A stretch of DNA of 64,000 nt from Bispira polyomma. Taxonomy: Eukaryota. Below the pieces are notes generated by a model. The model did not search any database, had not been told where the DNA came from, and saw only the letters and a list, made by a program, of their open reading frames with translations. Shown here piece after piece: positions 1 to 11,619 of this stretch (position 1 is its first letter; the number at the start of each line of letters is the position of its first letter). The position numbers and the translations under genes were made by a program. Location of the stretch: assembly GCA_965649765.1 (NCBI GenBank), contig OZ287756.1:38998001-39062000 (forward strand), written 5' to 3'.

Positions 1-950
1 CGACTAATTTTGATTTAATAATTGGAAGACCAAGTTTTTGCAATAATTTTTGCAGAAATTGGTAAGCTAAGGTCATCTTAGTTTTTCTTTCAACTATGAT
101 ATAATCATCTATATAGTTAAATACTTTGTAAATATTTTGACGCATGATGTATGTTATTGCGTCAGAAATGCACATAAAGACTTTTGTACCATGTGTTAGT
201 CCAAACGTCCATGCTTAATGAATTAATTGTTTGTTTTTTCATTTAATCCAAGTTTTAAACAGTCGACCAGATCAACTCGTAGGTTGCAAAACGCATGTGC
301 AACGTTGATTTTTGCTAGCATAGCACTTTGTCCTATACTCTGAATCTCTTGAACAATTTAGTCAATTGAAGGTAATTTAAGTTCGCACTTAAGGTAATCA
401 TATGTGTCTTTCGATGTACATTCGTTTACAGAAAAGTCTTGTGGAAGTGATAAGTTGATAATTAGTCTTCTCTGGTCATTGTCTTTAGGTCTTGTTAGTA
501 GAGGAGAACAACAGAAGTCTTCATGAATATTTTCTAAAATTGGTTCTATAATCGCTCCTTTGTCTTTTTCTTTAGTGAAATACTTGTCTTTTTTTCTGGA
601 CACTGGTTTGCTGAAAATGTCTTTATGTTTGTTGTTCAGTCTTTGTCTCTCATATAAAGAAATGGGGAAATTCATAATTTAAATATTGAATTAATAATAT
701 ATCTTCATAATATTTTTTCCAATTCTCTATTTTAGTCCTGATTTTATTGGTGTTCTTGCCACCTTTTAATTTGAAGTCCCAGTCTGTCTTATTACGTCAT
801 ATATAGATATTAATAATTAAAAATAAGTATTATAAACTGTCTGTCTATCTGGTCCTATAAATGAATAATTCATATTCCTTTTGCTATGAAACCATATTTT
901 CTTTCATCATTACTTTCATCATATTCGTCTGCTTTATTGTCATTATTAAT
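1..950 (-). mobile_element. Degenerate reverse-transcriptase region of a tyrosine-recombinase (Ngaro/PAT/DIRS-like) retrotransposon, running off the window start
   Basis: ORF 358-675 has SPLLTRPK..RRLIINLS.P...SVN...D.Y...LKLPSID. The same strand continues through stops to AMLAKINVAHAFCNLRVD and NYIDD (104-115). Collinear with the RT at 54375-55070. Confidence 0.8.
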
Positions 951-1029
951 ATCGTCTTGTATGTCCATGTCATATTGTGTCAGTGTCGTTATGACTGAAG
1001 AAGCATGACTGAAGAAAGATGCTCACCTT

Positions 1030-2620
1030 AATACAGTGGCTGGTCACATCTGGTTACTTACAGCATCACATGAAATCACTTTGCAGGTTAGACATGTGGC
1101 GGGTGTGGATAATGTGGGGGCGGATCTTTTGTCTAGATATTCAGATCAAACTAAACATGCTTAATCTCATGACATCTTTCCCCAATTACAACTGCTGCAG
1201 GTCCCCCTGTCATTGCTACCTCCCTCACTTGGGATATTTAATGGTTATTAATTGTTATATATATATATTGTTATTACAGGGTCCCTTTGGCTACAGCAGC
1301 TACTAACTGCTGCCTCCTCCAAGGCTAAGATGGCTTATCAGGCCAGAACTAGGGCTTGGTATCATAGGACTATGTCCAATTTTCTCAGTTTTTGTATTAG
1401 ACATTTTGTTCCTTATCTACATTACTCCCTCAGTGTGTTACTGGCTTACATTGCTCATCTAGTTCAAGTTGGGCTAACTTACCCTTCAATTCATAATGAT
1501 TTGTCATCTTTAAAGCACTATTTCAGGAGATTTGGTCTCGACATAGGAGTCTTTAATGATGTGCATGTAGCTATGATTCTCAAAGTCAATATTCACAATG
1601 TTACTCGACAAGTCAAGGTTAAAGACATTTTGGGGTTCAAGACCTGGTCAACATTTGTGCTCATTGTGACAGTATCCTACATGGGATAGTATTTAAGCCC
1701 GTATTTCTGGTGGCCTTCTTTGGCCTCTTTAGAATAAGTAACTTCAGTATAATTGTGAGCGACTCTTATTACGTTGTGAAGTACAGTTTCAGTCACCAGG
1801 TTTGGTGATTCAGGTTAGATGGACAAAAATATGCAAAGTCGACAGACTAGTGTGTCTCTGCAGTAATCTTTGATTAGTGGTTCTCTGCTTTGTCCAGTAC
1901 AAGTGGTTCAAGATATGACAATTGTAACCCTGCTGCACATAATGCACCCCTCGTACAGGGCCAGTACAAAATTTTAACAGATGTAAAGGTGCGTTATGTA
2001 CTAAGGGACATTTTAGGAGGCCTTGGCCTCAATACTAGTACTCTTGGTTTTCATGCATTCTTTCACTCTTTCAAAACAGTTTTCCCTTTCAGTGTCTTCA
2101 GTCACGTTGGACTTGGATATCAGATGCAGTTTGAGCTTACTTGCAAGCTGAGTCAAATCTCTATCTTTCAGGCCATTCTATCTTTAAAAAAATACAAATC
2201 TTCCCCGTTTTATTTTAACTTTACTTTCTTTGTTTGGCTTGGGGTGGTTATTATTCTTGGGTATTCAGTTTAAATAAATCACATATTTTATCATGGCTTG
2301 TAACCTTTGTCATATACTTATACGTGAGATGAAAACTAAACATTATTGTGTTAATTCAAGGTAAAACATGACTAGACGTTTGGTCACTGTGGTGAGGTTG
2401 CGAGAACGTAGGTTAGTCGCAAGCATCTTCGGTGACGAAAGGTCAGAGACACCAGGCTGCACTACTTTTGGATGCAGCGTTGGTCATCGCAAGTTCATTT
2501 TTGGCACCAACTGAGATGGACATATAATTTTGTTATTCTCGGGTATTCACTCCAAATAATCACATATTTTATCATGGCTTGTAGCATTTGTTAAATATTT
2601 ATATGTGAGACGAATGCATG
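1030..2620 (+). mobile_element. 3' part of a Ngaro/PAT-like element: RNase H end, degenerate tyrosine recombinase and split direct repeats
   Basis: RNase H motif HVAGVDNVGADLLSRY (~1093-1140). ORF 1252-1689 resembles the YR N-terminal domain of 52840-53460. Also VFLVAFFGLFRISN (~1701-1742) and GLNTSTLGFHAF. An ~80-bp direct repeat at 2250-2333 and 2533-2614. Confidence 0.8.
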
Positions 2621-4033
2621 AATATACAAGCATTCAGTGACGACTGAATGGTCATATATCTCTCGGCTAAAGTCTTTTATTATCACTCAGTAATATATAA
2701 TATTTTGATGAATTTCCGAACATTGTTTTCAAAAGCTGTCCCAGCACTGGTAGTAAACGTAGTATAACCGTCTTATAATTTTGCCCACTAAAACTTGGCT
2801 GATTAATTTATAAAAAAATTACCTCACAAATGCTACCTCTTCAGAGATAAAAGCTGGCATCTCATCATACACAATTTTATTAAATGTTTAGTGTAGAATC
2901 TTTTTTTATTTTGATGACTTCATTGTCTGTATTATTGTTGAGGGGCAAGGTTGGTTAGTATGAAGCGATTTTCTTGGTTACTGTGTCAGCGATTCTGAGA
3001 CTGACTAACCACACACACAACTGTGACGTTTCACAGCATCTTAACAAAAAAAATTGTGTAGATAGAAAAGCACATGGATGGATCAATTTTGAAAGCAATA
3101 AAAGGGATTTATATCAATCGCCGTATTAGGAAAAATGTAATTAAATGTTGATATTTTAGAAAATGTTGTTGTGTTTGTATGACAAGATCGATTCTGCAAT
3201 TAAACAAAATTAAATATATTAAATGGATGTATATGCAACTTCATAAAGGGAGAACTTCAACTATCACATCCAGGCCTGTGAGTATTATAAATACTGTGAA
3301 AAATTGTGATTAAAGTTAATGAGTATGGTATTCCATTGAATACTTCCAAGTGCCTGAACTGAACTAAGAGTCAACAACCGAACTCCCAAATTTGGTGGTT
3401 AATAAATAACTGTGCTACTACTTTGTATTACTTTACAGCTAGCAACTAATTTATGGTCTATATATCCAAATATTAAATGTGATTGCATGGTTTATTTTTC
3501 AAAGCATTATTCAATATTAAGACAAGAAGGCTGTGTGACAGCTAGCTGTCACGTACCTTGCATGTCTGCATGGTAAGCATTTCCACAAACTGTGTCACAT
3601 ATCTCAAGATGCTAGAGAACAAACCAATACAAAAAAAATAAATATAACATCTTGGCTTAAAACTATAGCTAGCTATTTTTTTTCCTTGTATAAACAAACA
3701 AATTATCCGAACAACTCTTTCAATAATTTGTTTTTTTGCTTTAAAACTTTAAAAATGATTTCATTTGTTTGCTATAATATAATATTTTGAGGCTAAACTG
3801 CAGGGACCTTATTCACCTTTGGACTTTGCATACTCCTTACTTGAAAAAAATATGTGAGTTTGTCTTACATTCAGTATCCATTCAGAGACTAAAGTCAAAT
3901 TTCAATGTCCTGACAAATTTTCAAATTCTAAATTTTTTCCCAGATATTCGAACTTTGTTTAGTCTATAGTGTTGTTAAATAAATGCTTGGTGAAGTTTGA
4001 AAAAGCTATTATATTCCTAACTTGAAAAAATAG

Positions 4034-5216
4034 TGTAGCAATGTAGCGTATGGCATTATCGGCGATATAGCAATAATTTGTTAAAGTATTAATTTGATTT
4101 CGTATGGGTTTTATATTGTTGTAAAATTGTCATTAATGGTTGTTACATACCTTTAGAAAGTTATATTATATGTACATAGCCGGTATGTGAAGGTTTTTAA
4201 ATCACCATGCTTTGTATATTTTATGTCAAGTAAAGAAAGTTACTTGGTCAAGATTTGGGACACAACTAAAGTTAACCAATGGGGAGCCTTGTTCCAAGTT
4301 TACAGGTACAGGGTTGGAGTTGTTCTGATGTGTCTGGTGTTTGCCTATATAAAGGGGGTGGAAACCTTCACTCTGGTCTGAATTGGTAATAGGGACACAA
4401 GAATGGCAGGGTAAGACCTGACTTCTTTTTATTTTTTCGCTACCAGGGTAAAATCTGTAGATTTATTAAAATGTTTATTTAAGTTTTATACTTTATATTT
4501 TCAGGGTAAAACCTGTAAATATTGAAATGACTGGGTCATTATTTATTTTCATTGATAATGTGATTTTCTATTGTAGGAATTGTTTGCCACCTGGGGGAAT
4601 TATGTGTTAGATATACTAATGTGATGTTGTAATATTTGTAGTTAAAATATAGCTTTGTCATAGATATTCCGTTACTGTAAGGGTAAAACCTTATAGTTAT
4701 ATACAGTTTCTTGTTGGTACTAGGAACTAGCCTAACAGAGAAGATTTAAACTGAGGTGATGTGCTGCAAGGGTGAAACCTATGCAGTCCTTTATGTTTTC
4801 TGACTATACTTAGTTTAACTAATTTATTATTTCCATCATTTCATATTATTTCTCTGTAGGTGTTGACTATATGGTGATTTGATGGGGTAAATCCTGTCCA
4901 TGTTGCATGAGGTACTGAACCTGTTCTAAGCAGAAGATGACACTAGAGGGAAAACAGGCAGTAGGTGTCCTACATGTGATACGTGTACTTTTATTACTTT
5001 CAGGTGATCTTGTAACTTATTATTTCAATATCACTGGTATTTATTTATCTGTAATGTTTTGACTTTTTACAATATTATATCTGTGTACCAATTCAGCCCC
5101 AGCCTTGCTGGTAAAACTTGTATAATTTGTAAAGAAATGATGTTTGTTGTTTAACTTTCAGTTTATAAGTCCTGGCTTCCCTATAGGTTTATCTACTATA
5201 CTCTTGGCACGCTACA
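4034..5216 (+). mobile_element. Solo LTR (Gypsy-like, 1183 bp)
   Basis: Termini TGTAGC...GCTACA (TG..CA with inverted repeat). 4-bp TSD ATAG at 4030-4033 and 5217-5220. TATA-like TATATAAA at 4346-4353. No internal coding region. Confidence 0.8.
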
Positions 5217-5914
5217 ATAGGTTAGTTTGTCCTCCACCCAGTGTCCATTCAGAAAGTAAGGCCTAATTTTAAAGTCCTGTCAACCTATAAGTTACAAAAA
5301 AGCCTCCACAAATAGAATTGTAAACCACTTATGCAATGACATTCTTGCTTCTCGGTAGGGTTGAACATTACTCACAAAATTCCCAAAATTGAAATATATT
5401 TAGATGATAGTAGTCTTTCACAGGCGTTAGATGGCATTGAAATTGCTGATTCACAACATACCAGGACAAGGACATTCTTTAGTAAAATGTATTAGATCGA
5501 CAATTCTCCTACACTTACCCCAAACTATTCAACACAAAACCAAATAACAACCTTGGATGTGTTTCATGATCATTTACACATTTCCTCAATAGTGTTCTTT
5601 TTAATCCTTACTCGTAAAATTACACTTGAGATTACCTTAAATAAACATATGTCGAGTTTGCTCTTACAATTCATTACAGCGTCTGTATTTTTTTTCTCAG
5701 TGACTAGTTTTTTTAAACAGTTACGAATCGAAAATTAACCACTCTATCTAAAATTTGCCACCCCTAAAATTTAAGCTACATCAATAAAACCTGGCCAAAA
5801 AATAACGGGTAAGAAAGGCAAACTAGCCATTAAAATTTTCATTTGAGCAAATAGACTGAAATTCTGTTTTCCCAGGTAAGCCTGCTGAAGGACAACAATA
5901 AAGGATGATGTGGA

Positions 5915-6361
5915 GGCTGACAAAGGTTTACAGCTTCGTATGTACGTGGATCACTACTTACTACTAGGTGTAGCTACTGTACTGCTACTTACTGGTGCGT
6001 TCTGCTGCTTAGTAAAACAAATACAACGAGTGGGGACAATCTCACTACTTACTGGGAATTCCTCGCTACCTACTACTACATATAGCTACTTTCTGATACG
6101 TCTATGCTACTTTCGGAAACGTTCGGGGACGAACCGAGAAACGGGGAGAAACGGAAGCTGTGGCTGTAGCGTTTCAAACAGTTTGAAGCACTAAACAAAA
6201 AAGACAAAACGGAGACGTTTTGGGAACGATTTTATCCGTCTGAAAACGTAAAGAAACAATCACAGAAGGGATCCTCATTTCCTACTACGTTGCAAACCGT
6301 TTCTTAAATTCACACAACGTGACACAAACGTAGCTCTAGAACATGTAGGTGTGACCAGGAC
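5915..6361 (+). mobile_element. Non-autonomous Harbinger-type element, family A, copy 1 (partial)
   Basis: Aligns by eye with 10620-11210 and 32080-32578 (tactgtactgctacttactggtgcgttctg, ctcactacttactggga). Ends in catgtaggtgtgaccagg followed shortly by TAA. Confidence 0.65.
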
Positions 6362-6364
6362 ATA

Positions 6365-8585
6365 AGGGAAGGAGTCGTACTGACACAAGATCCAACATGG
6401 CAGACAACTCTGCACAAGTGATTCTGGATTGACTGTAGCCTTTGGAATGGGTACTTCTTAATCCAAGAAGCAGAGAATTGCAGACGAGTGCATTTGCTTT
6501 GAATATGGCAGTTTGATGGGACAGGTGTTTTCCGATTCTCTTGAGGTTGGGATCATATAGGCAGCAAGATTGACATACATTAAAAATATGATCGTCTGAG
6601 GAAAAGATTGAGTCGAAAGTAATACTTAAATTTTTTACTTTATCGGCTGGGAGTACATCATTGCCAAGTAGGTTAATAGGAAACTGTGATTTAGGTTTAT
6701 TCCTGTCTTTTTTGTGCTAATTAGTATAAATTCTGTTTTGTCAGGTTTGAGTTTGGCAAAATTCGTCCAATCTTGGATGGAGTCGAGACATCTGCCAAGG
6801 ATGCTGAGCTGATCTAATGCATTTTTGGTCATTCATAGGGAGATTTGAGTGCATACACGTAATGTTTGATATTGAGTGTCAATAACATATTAACACTCCG
6901 AGGCGAGGTGTAAAAACTACATAGGAGGGGTCCTAACACGGATCCCTGGGGGACTCTAAAAGGTAAGTTAAAAGGAATAGACAGATGGTTATCGATTTCA
7001 ATTTTTTGGCTTCTTTTGGTAAGGTATGATGCAATCCACTCCAATGCAAGGCTTTAAATGCCAAATCAAGTTCTTACAGTGACTTTTAAGATGGTGTGGT
7101 CAATGGTATAAAACACTGCTGACAGGTCCAGCTGTGTCAGAGCAGTAACTTCACCTTTGTCAAGAGCAAGTTTGATGTCATTACATATTTTTAAGAGTGC
7201 ACTTTCAGTTGAGTGATGTTTTCTGTAGGTAGACTGATGTAGGATTTGAACATGTTCATTAATCTGGTTAGCAACAGCCTTTTCAATAATTTTGAAAATA
7301 AAACTGAGTTTAGAAACAAGCCTAATTTTTTAAAGGGTATTTTTTATCAAGGTTGGATTTCTTGAGTAGGAGGTAATGAAAGTGGTTATAAAACAGGCAG
7401 GAAAATTGTCTTTAAAAAGTTACATATGTTGGTGATGGATTCAATAAGAATGTCAAGACATTTGGAAAAAACGAAGCAGGAGTGGGATCTAAGCCACAGG
7501 ATTTAAGAAGGAAGGATGTATAAATTTTAAGGACATCACTCTTAGACATGACATGGAAGTTATTGAGCTAAGGAACATGGTGGGAAGGGTGTATTTTAAT
7601 AAAGTTAGTAGCAGCTCTGAAGACAAATCTGGTCTTAGCAATATTATCAATAAACACTCTCCGAAACAATTTGCAAGAAACTTAGTACAGTGGTGATCTG
7701 GTAATGAGTTTTTGATTATTTTCTTGGGATGGAGTTGACCGAGTTCTTTAGCTTTTTAGGGAACTTATCATTTTCAGAGATGAGAGAGTCATAGTGTTCC
7801 TTGCGGGCCTTGGACATAATGACATTAAAATCATTTGTGGCCCTTCTGTATTGCCTCCTGTCGAACCTAGATTTTGTCTGATGCCAAACTCTTTCTAGTT
7901 GATGCTTGTGGCCTCAGAGATGGCTGCAGTCGACCATTCATGTGGAGCCAGTAGAACACATTTGTTGGTGACTAGTGCATGTGTGTCATGTGTTTTGGTG
8001 AGATTATTGTTGTATTGGTTGCCTAAACTTTCAGCTTCTTTCCATGAATATTTGATGAGGTTGGAGGCCAATATATCATGACGAAATTCTAGTACCTTTA
8101 ATATAGCTTTGGTAACAAAATAGTGGCAAACGTGGCAAAATGATCAGAGATATCTACAGAGATACTAGTGGTTTTTAGCAGGGTTGTCTTAGATTGACTA
8201 GATCTAGAATATAGTTGTGGATGGGTGGCGGTTTTGATTTGCTGAATGTAACTGGAAACATTGAGGAGGTTTTTAAAATCAGTGGTCCAGGCCTCATCTA
8301 TGTCAACTTTCATGTTAAAATCGCCAAAGATTAGGCATTTATGTAGTAGACTAAGCATCTCTAGGAATTGTGTGAATTCAGCCAGAAAATCTACCCGGTT
8401 AGAAGAAGGTGCAACGCGATACACTAAGGCTACAAAAATAAGTGAGAGGAGTCTGAAACCCTGAGAGTGATGTCCACAAATGTAGTAGTTGGCAGAACTT
8501 CCCCAACTTTAGCTACGAAGCAGCCCTTCAGAAAGATTCCACCACCACCACGTCTATGGAGTCTAGGTTGATGGAATAGTCAATA
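6365..8585 (-). mobile_element. Degenerate L2/CR1-clade LINE (APE remainder and RT)
   Basis: Fragments HQPRLHRRGGGG, YRVAPSS, IFGDFNMKV, DISDHF, YRKHHSTESALK, VPQGSVLGPLL, KLKPDKTEFILI and LQSIQNHLCRVV, with many frameshifts and stops. Confidence 0.85.
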
Positions 8586-9958
8586 CCGTATTCGACGTAA
8601 TTAGCGCACAGTGTCCTTGGAAAAACAAATTACCCCTATAAATGAGGTTTTTAAGTGTTTCCTTATAACCGCCCAGGCCTACAAAAAAAGCATATATGTC
8701 TCTTCACAGATGAAATGTGTGGAGACCCCATGTAGAAACACGTCTGTGTTGAGGTGATTTTACTCATCTACATACAAGTCTACAATGTCAAGTTACACTT
8801 TAAGACAAAAAAAAATGTGCAAATAATGTCACTAGAGGATAAAAATATTATATAATTATTCCCAAGCCAAAAAAATTACTGGTTTGGTTGAACACAGATA
8901 AATTAAAAATTGAAGTTAATAAATCTGCAGCAATTGTTATTTAGTTTAAGGTTGATTCTTGGTTTTTAAAATATATAGCATATCTTTTGCAGATGTGTTC
9001 ACACTGGTAAATTTTACAATCTATCTGATAACAGAAAGCTCCACAATGAAGTATTAGTATAAAAATTTGCTGTAAAACTGAAAGGTATTAAAAAAATTAT
9101 TTGGTAACTTTACTATCTTACTCTGTTATTGTCAGTATGGTAAGTTCTCTTAGCTTATAAAAGCATGCCTATTTCAAACTTCTACAGCCTACAACAAGAA
9201 ATAAAATGTGTACTTGGCAAATGAAACTTGAAGCAAAATTTTGATAATATACTCTAAATTTTTACTGGATTTTAATGGCCATTTTCTGCAGTTAATGGCC
9301 ATTTGCTGCAGTTGATGGCAGGACAGAAATAGTAACCTTGCATGGGCTTATATTTCACACCATTGATCTAAATAGTATATTTATTTTTTAAAATTTAACA
9401 TTATTGTTTAAATAATATATTAGAGATTATATTCTAATTACATTAATCATGCTAAAGTAGCTTAACTCATTGGAAGTCATTATTTTGTCACCAATGGGTG
9501 TGCAGAATGATTTTCCTACATACAATAAAGCTAAGCCTTAAATATCTTTGAACAAGGTTACTTTATCAGTCAGTCACTTTCTTCCGTGTTCAAATTTATG
9601 ACTAATTTCTAGCTTTGTAAAACTTTAGTGCAGGAAGACTCCATCAGTTACTATCTTGTGAAATTTTTCTTTCACAGGCACTAAAAGTCTTGATTGCAGT
9701 TATTCATTTGTATTGAAAAATAACCCAAGTACTAACATAGACTTGTATATAGTATTTATTGCAGTTACTTGCAAAATATTTTTATTTCAAAAAGAGCAGT
9801 AGAATTATTTTTTTCCTCTTTCAAATTCTCATTTGCATAGGTACATGCTGAAACTTAAGATAAGGCTGAAGTAATATCTCAAATAGAGAACCATACCAAA
9901 CATAAAATTAGGTGATGTGCGGTTAATGGGGCATGTGCGGTAATTACGTCGAATACGG
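8586..9958. mobile_element. Non-autonomous Tc1/mariner-pogo-type TIR element inserted in the LINE endonuclease
   Basis: 25-bp TIRs CCGTATTCGACGTAATTA(G/C)CGCACA (1 mismatch). TA TSD at 8584-8585 and 9959-9960. Removing it rejoins the APE sequence EISPNSY / LFHQPR. Confidence 0.85.
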
Positions 9959-10305
9959 TAACTGTTGGGGGAAATTTCTTCGACAGTAAGCCAGGTTTCT
10001 GACATCTGGCATCGAGGAGGACAAATAGTTCCATTATGAGGGCCAGGGTTCAAATTTATGTCACCGGCAAGAATGAGTTGCAGAGAAGTCCAGAAACTGC
10101 TATTCCTGTATGGTAGAAATGGGTTGAGGATTTGTGCACACTGAGAACAGGTGGCACAGTTTAGGTTGGTGAGTGATTCATTTACCCATGGTATTATAAA
10201 AATAACATGTTTGTAAATAGTGGTGCTGTCCACAAGCTGTGAGTATGGTTCTGATGCCCTGATAGCAAATAAAATAAAAACGAGAATATTGAGAGGCAAC
10301 TGCAT
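9959..10305 (-). pseudogene. 5' part of the same L2/CR1 ORF: hydrophobic leader, 2A-like GDINLNPGP and internally deleted APE start (SETWL)
   Basis: ORF 9829-10305 reads ...LQLILAGDINLNPGP...SETWL..EISPNSY. Its C-terminal ~40 aa are read-through into the TIR element. Confidence 0.7.
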
Positions 10306-10619
10306 ATTCTATGGCCATGGAAGAGGAGTTGGAAGCCGGTTTTTTAATTTACTAAAAATGACGTCAGGTGATATTTAAATATACCAGAATTGTAGCAAAA
10401 CTACAGTAGCAAGGTCAAAATACACAGTTGGGTGATTATAGGCAAAAGTATCAAAAACCGTATAAAACCGCAAGTAAAAATTTTGTAATATGATCAAGGG
10501 AAGATGAAGGTGATGCTTTAGTAGATATATTGTGAGAATATTAGGGAAATACTGTACATTTGGATGACAAGGGTTAAGCAATATGTCCAGTAATTAGTAT
10601 CTAAGCACCCAGGTACCTA

Positions 10620-11210
10620 AGCAATATACACCGAAAACGTGGTAGTTTCGTGTCAAAGTGACGTCATTTCCATAAAAGGGTAGTCGATTGTGACATTTTG
10701 TGACGTTTTTTGACAATGCTGGTACTTATACACACGGAACGGGGGCAAAAATCAAACACTTTATTGGTAGGATATCACTATCTTCTACAACATAGATCTA
10801 CTATACTGCTACTTACTGGTGCGTTCTGTTGCCTTTTGCTACTTAGTGAAACGATTCTCGACTGACAGAGACGATCTCACTACTTACTGGGACTTCCTTG
10901 CTACCTACTACTATGTAGAGGTACTTACTGATATGTCTATGCTACTTGCAGAAACGTTTCGGGACGAACAGAAAAACATGGAGAAACGTAAGCTGTGACA
11001 CAATAGTTTCATCAAACAATTTGAAAAAACGTTGCAGCAGACGAAGCAGAAACATTTCTGGAACGATATCATCCGTTAACCAACGTCACGGAACGAACGC
11101 ACCAGGAATCCTCACTTTTGCATTACCTTCTACTACGTTTATACTAGGTTTCAAAACAATTCAAAACGTCACATACACATGACTCCAGCATGTGAAGGTG
11201 TGACCAGGCT
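10620..11210 (+). mobile_element. Non-autonomous Harbinger-type element, family A, copy 2
   Basis: Collinear with 32080-32578 (gtcatttccataaa, gtcgattgtgac, tacttactggga). Ends gtgtgaccaggct followed by TTAA. Confidence 0.7.
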
Positions 11211-11224
11211 TTAAGGGATTATAT

Positions 11225-11600
11225 CATCCCAGAAACATGTGCTTTTACAATTATTTCAAACTGTTTGAAACAATCTTGACAGAGCTCTCCATTTCTCCAC
11301 GTCCTAAAGAGCGTAGTGGTAAGTAGCACATCATTGTAGTAAGTAGCAAAATGTAGAAGTAAGTAGCTGTTCCTAGTAGTACGTAGTGATAAAGTGACTA
11401 TTTTTGTTCATCCATGGCAGATTCGTCATTAAAACGTCATAGAAACATCACAGAAAGGTCATAATACGTTACAGAAAGGTCATAAAACGTCACATAAACG
11501 TCACAAACATAAGTAGCAGTTATGTATGGAAATGCGGAACTACTACCTTTTTTAGCAGCCACGTTTCGGGATGATAACATGTGTAGGTGTGACCAGGCCA
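11225..11600 (-). mobile_element. Non-autonomous Harbinger-type element related to family A, opposite end or orientation
   Basis: Reverse-complement versions of the family motifs (aagtagc, aaaacgtca repeats). Ends catgtgtaggtgtgaccaggcc followed shortly by TTA. Palindrome TTTCAAACTGTTTGAAA at 11254-11270. Confidence 0.6.
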
Positions 11601-11619
11601 TTAGTGAATAGAATAAATC

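Noticed and set aside
4399-4898. CRISPR-like appearance of short palindromic repeats with unique spacers
   Set aside because: The conserved core is only ~10-14 bp, the spacers are very unequal, there are no cas genes, and the context is a eukaryotic LTR.
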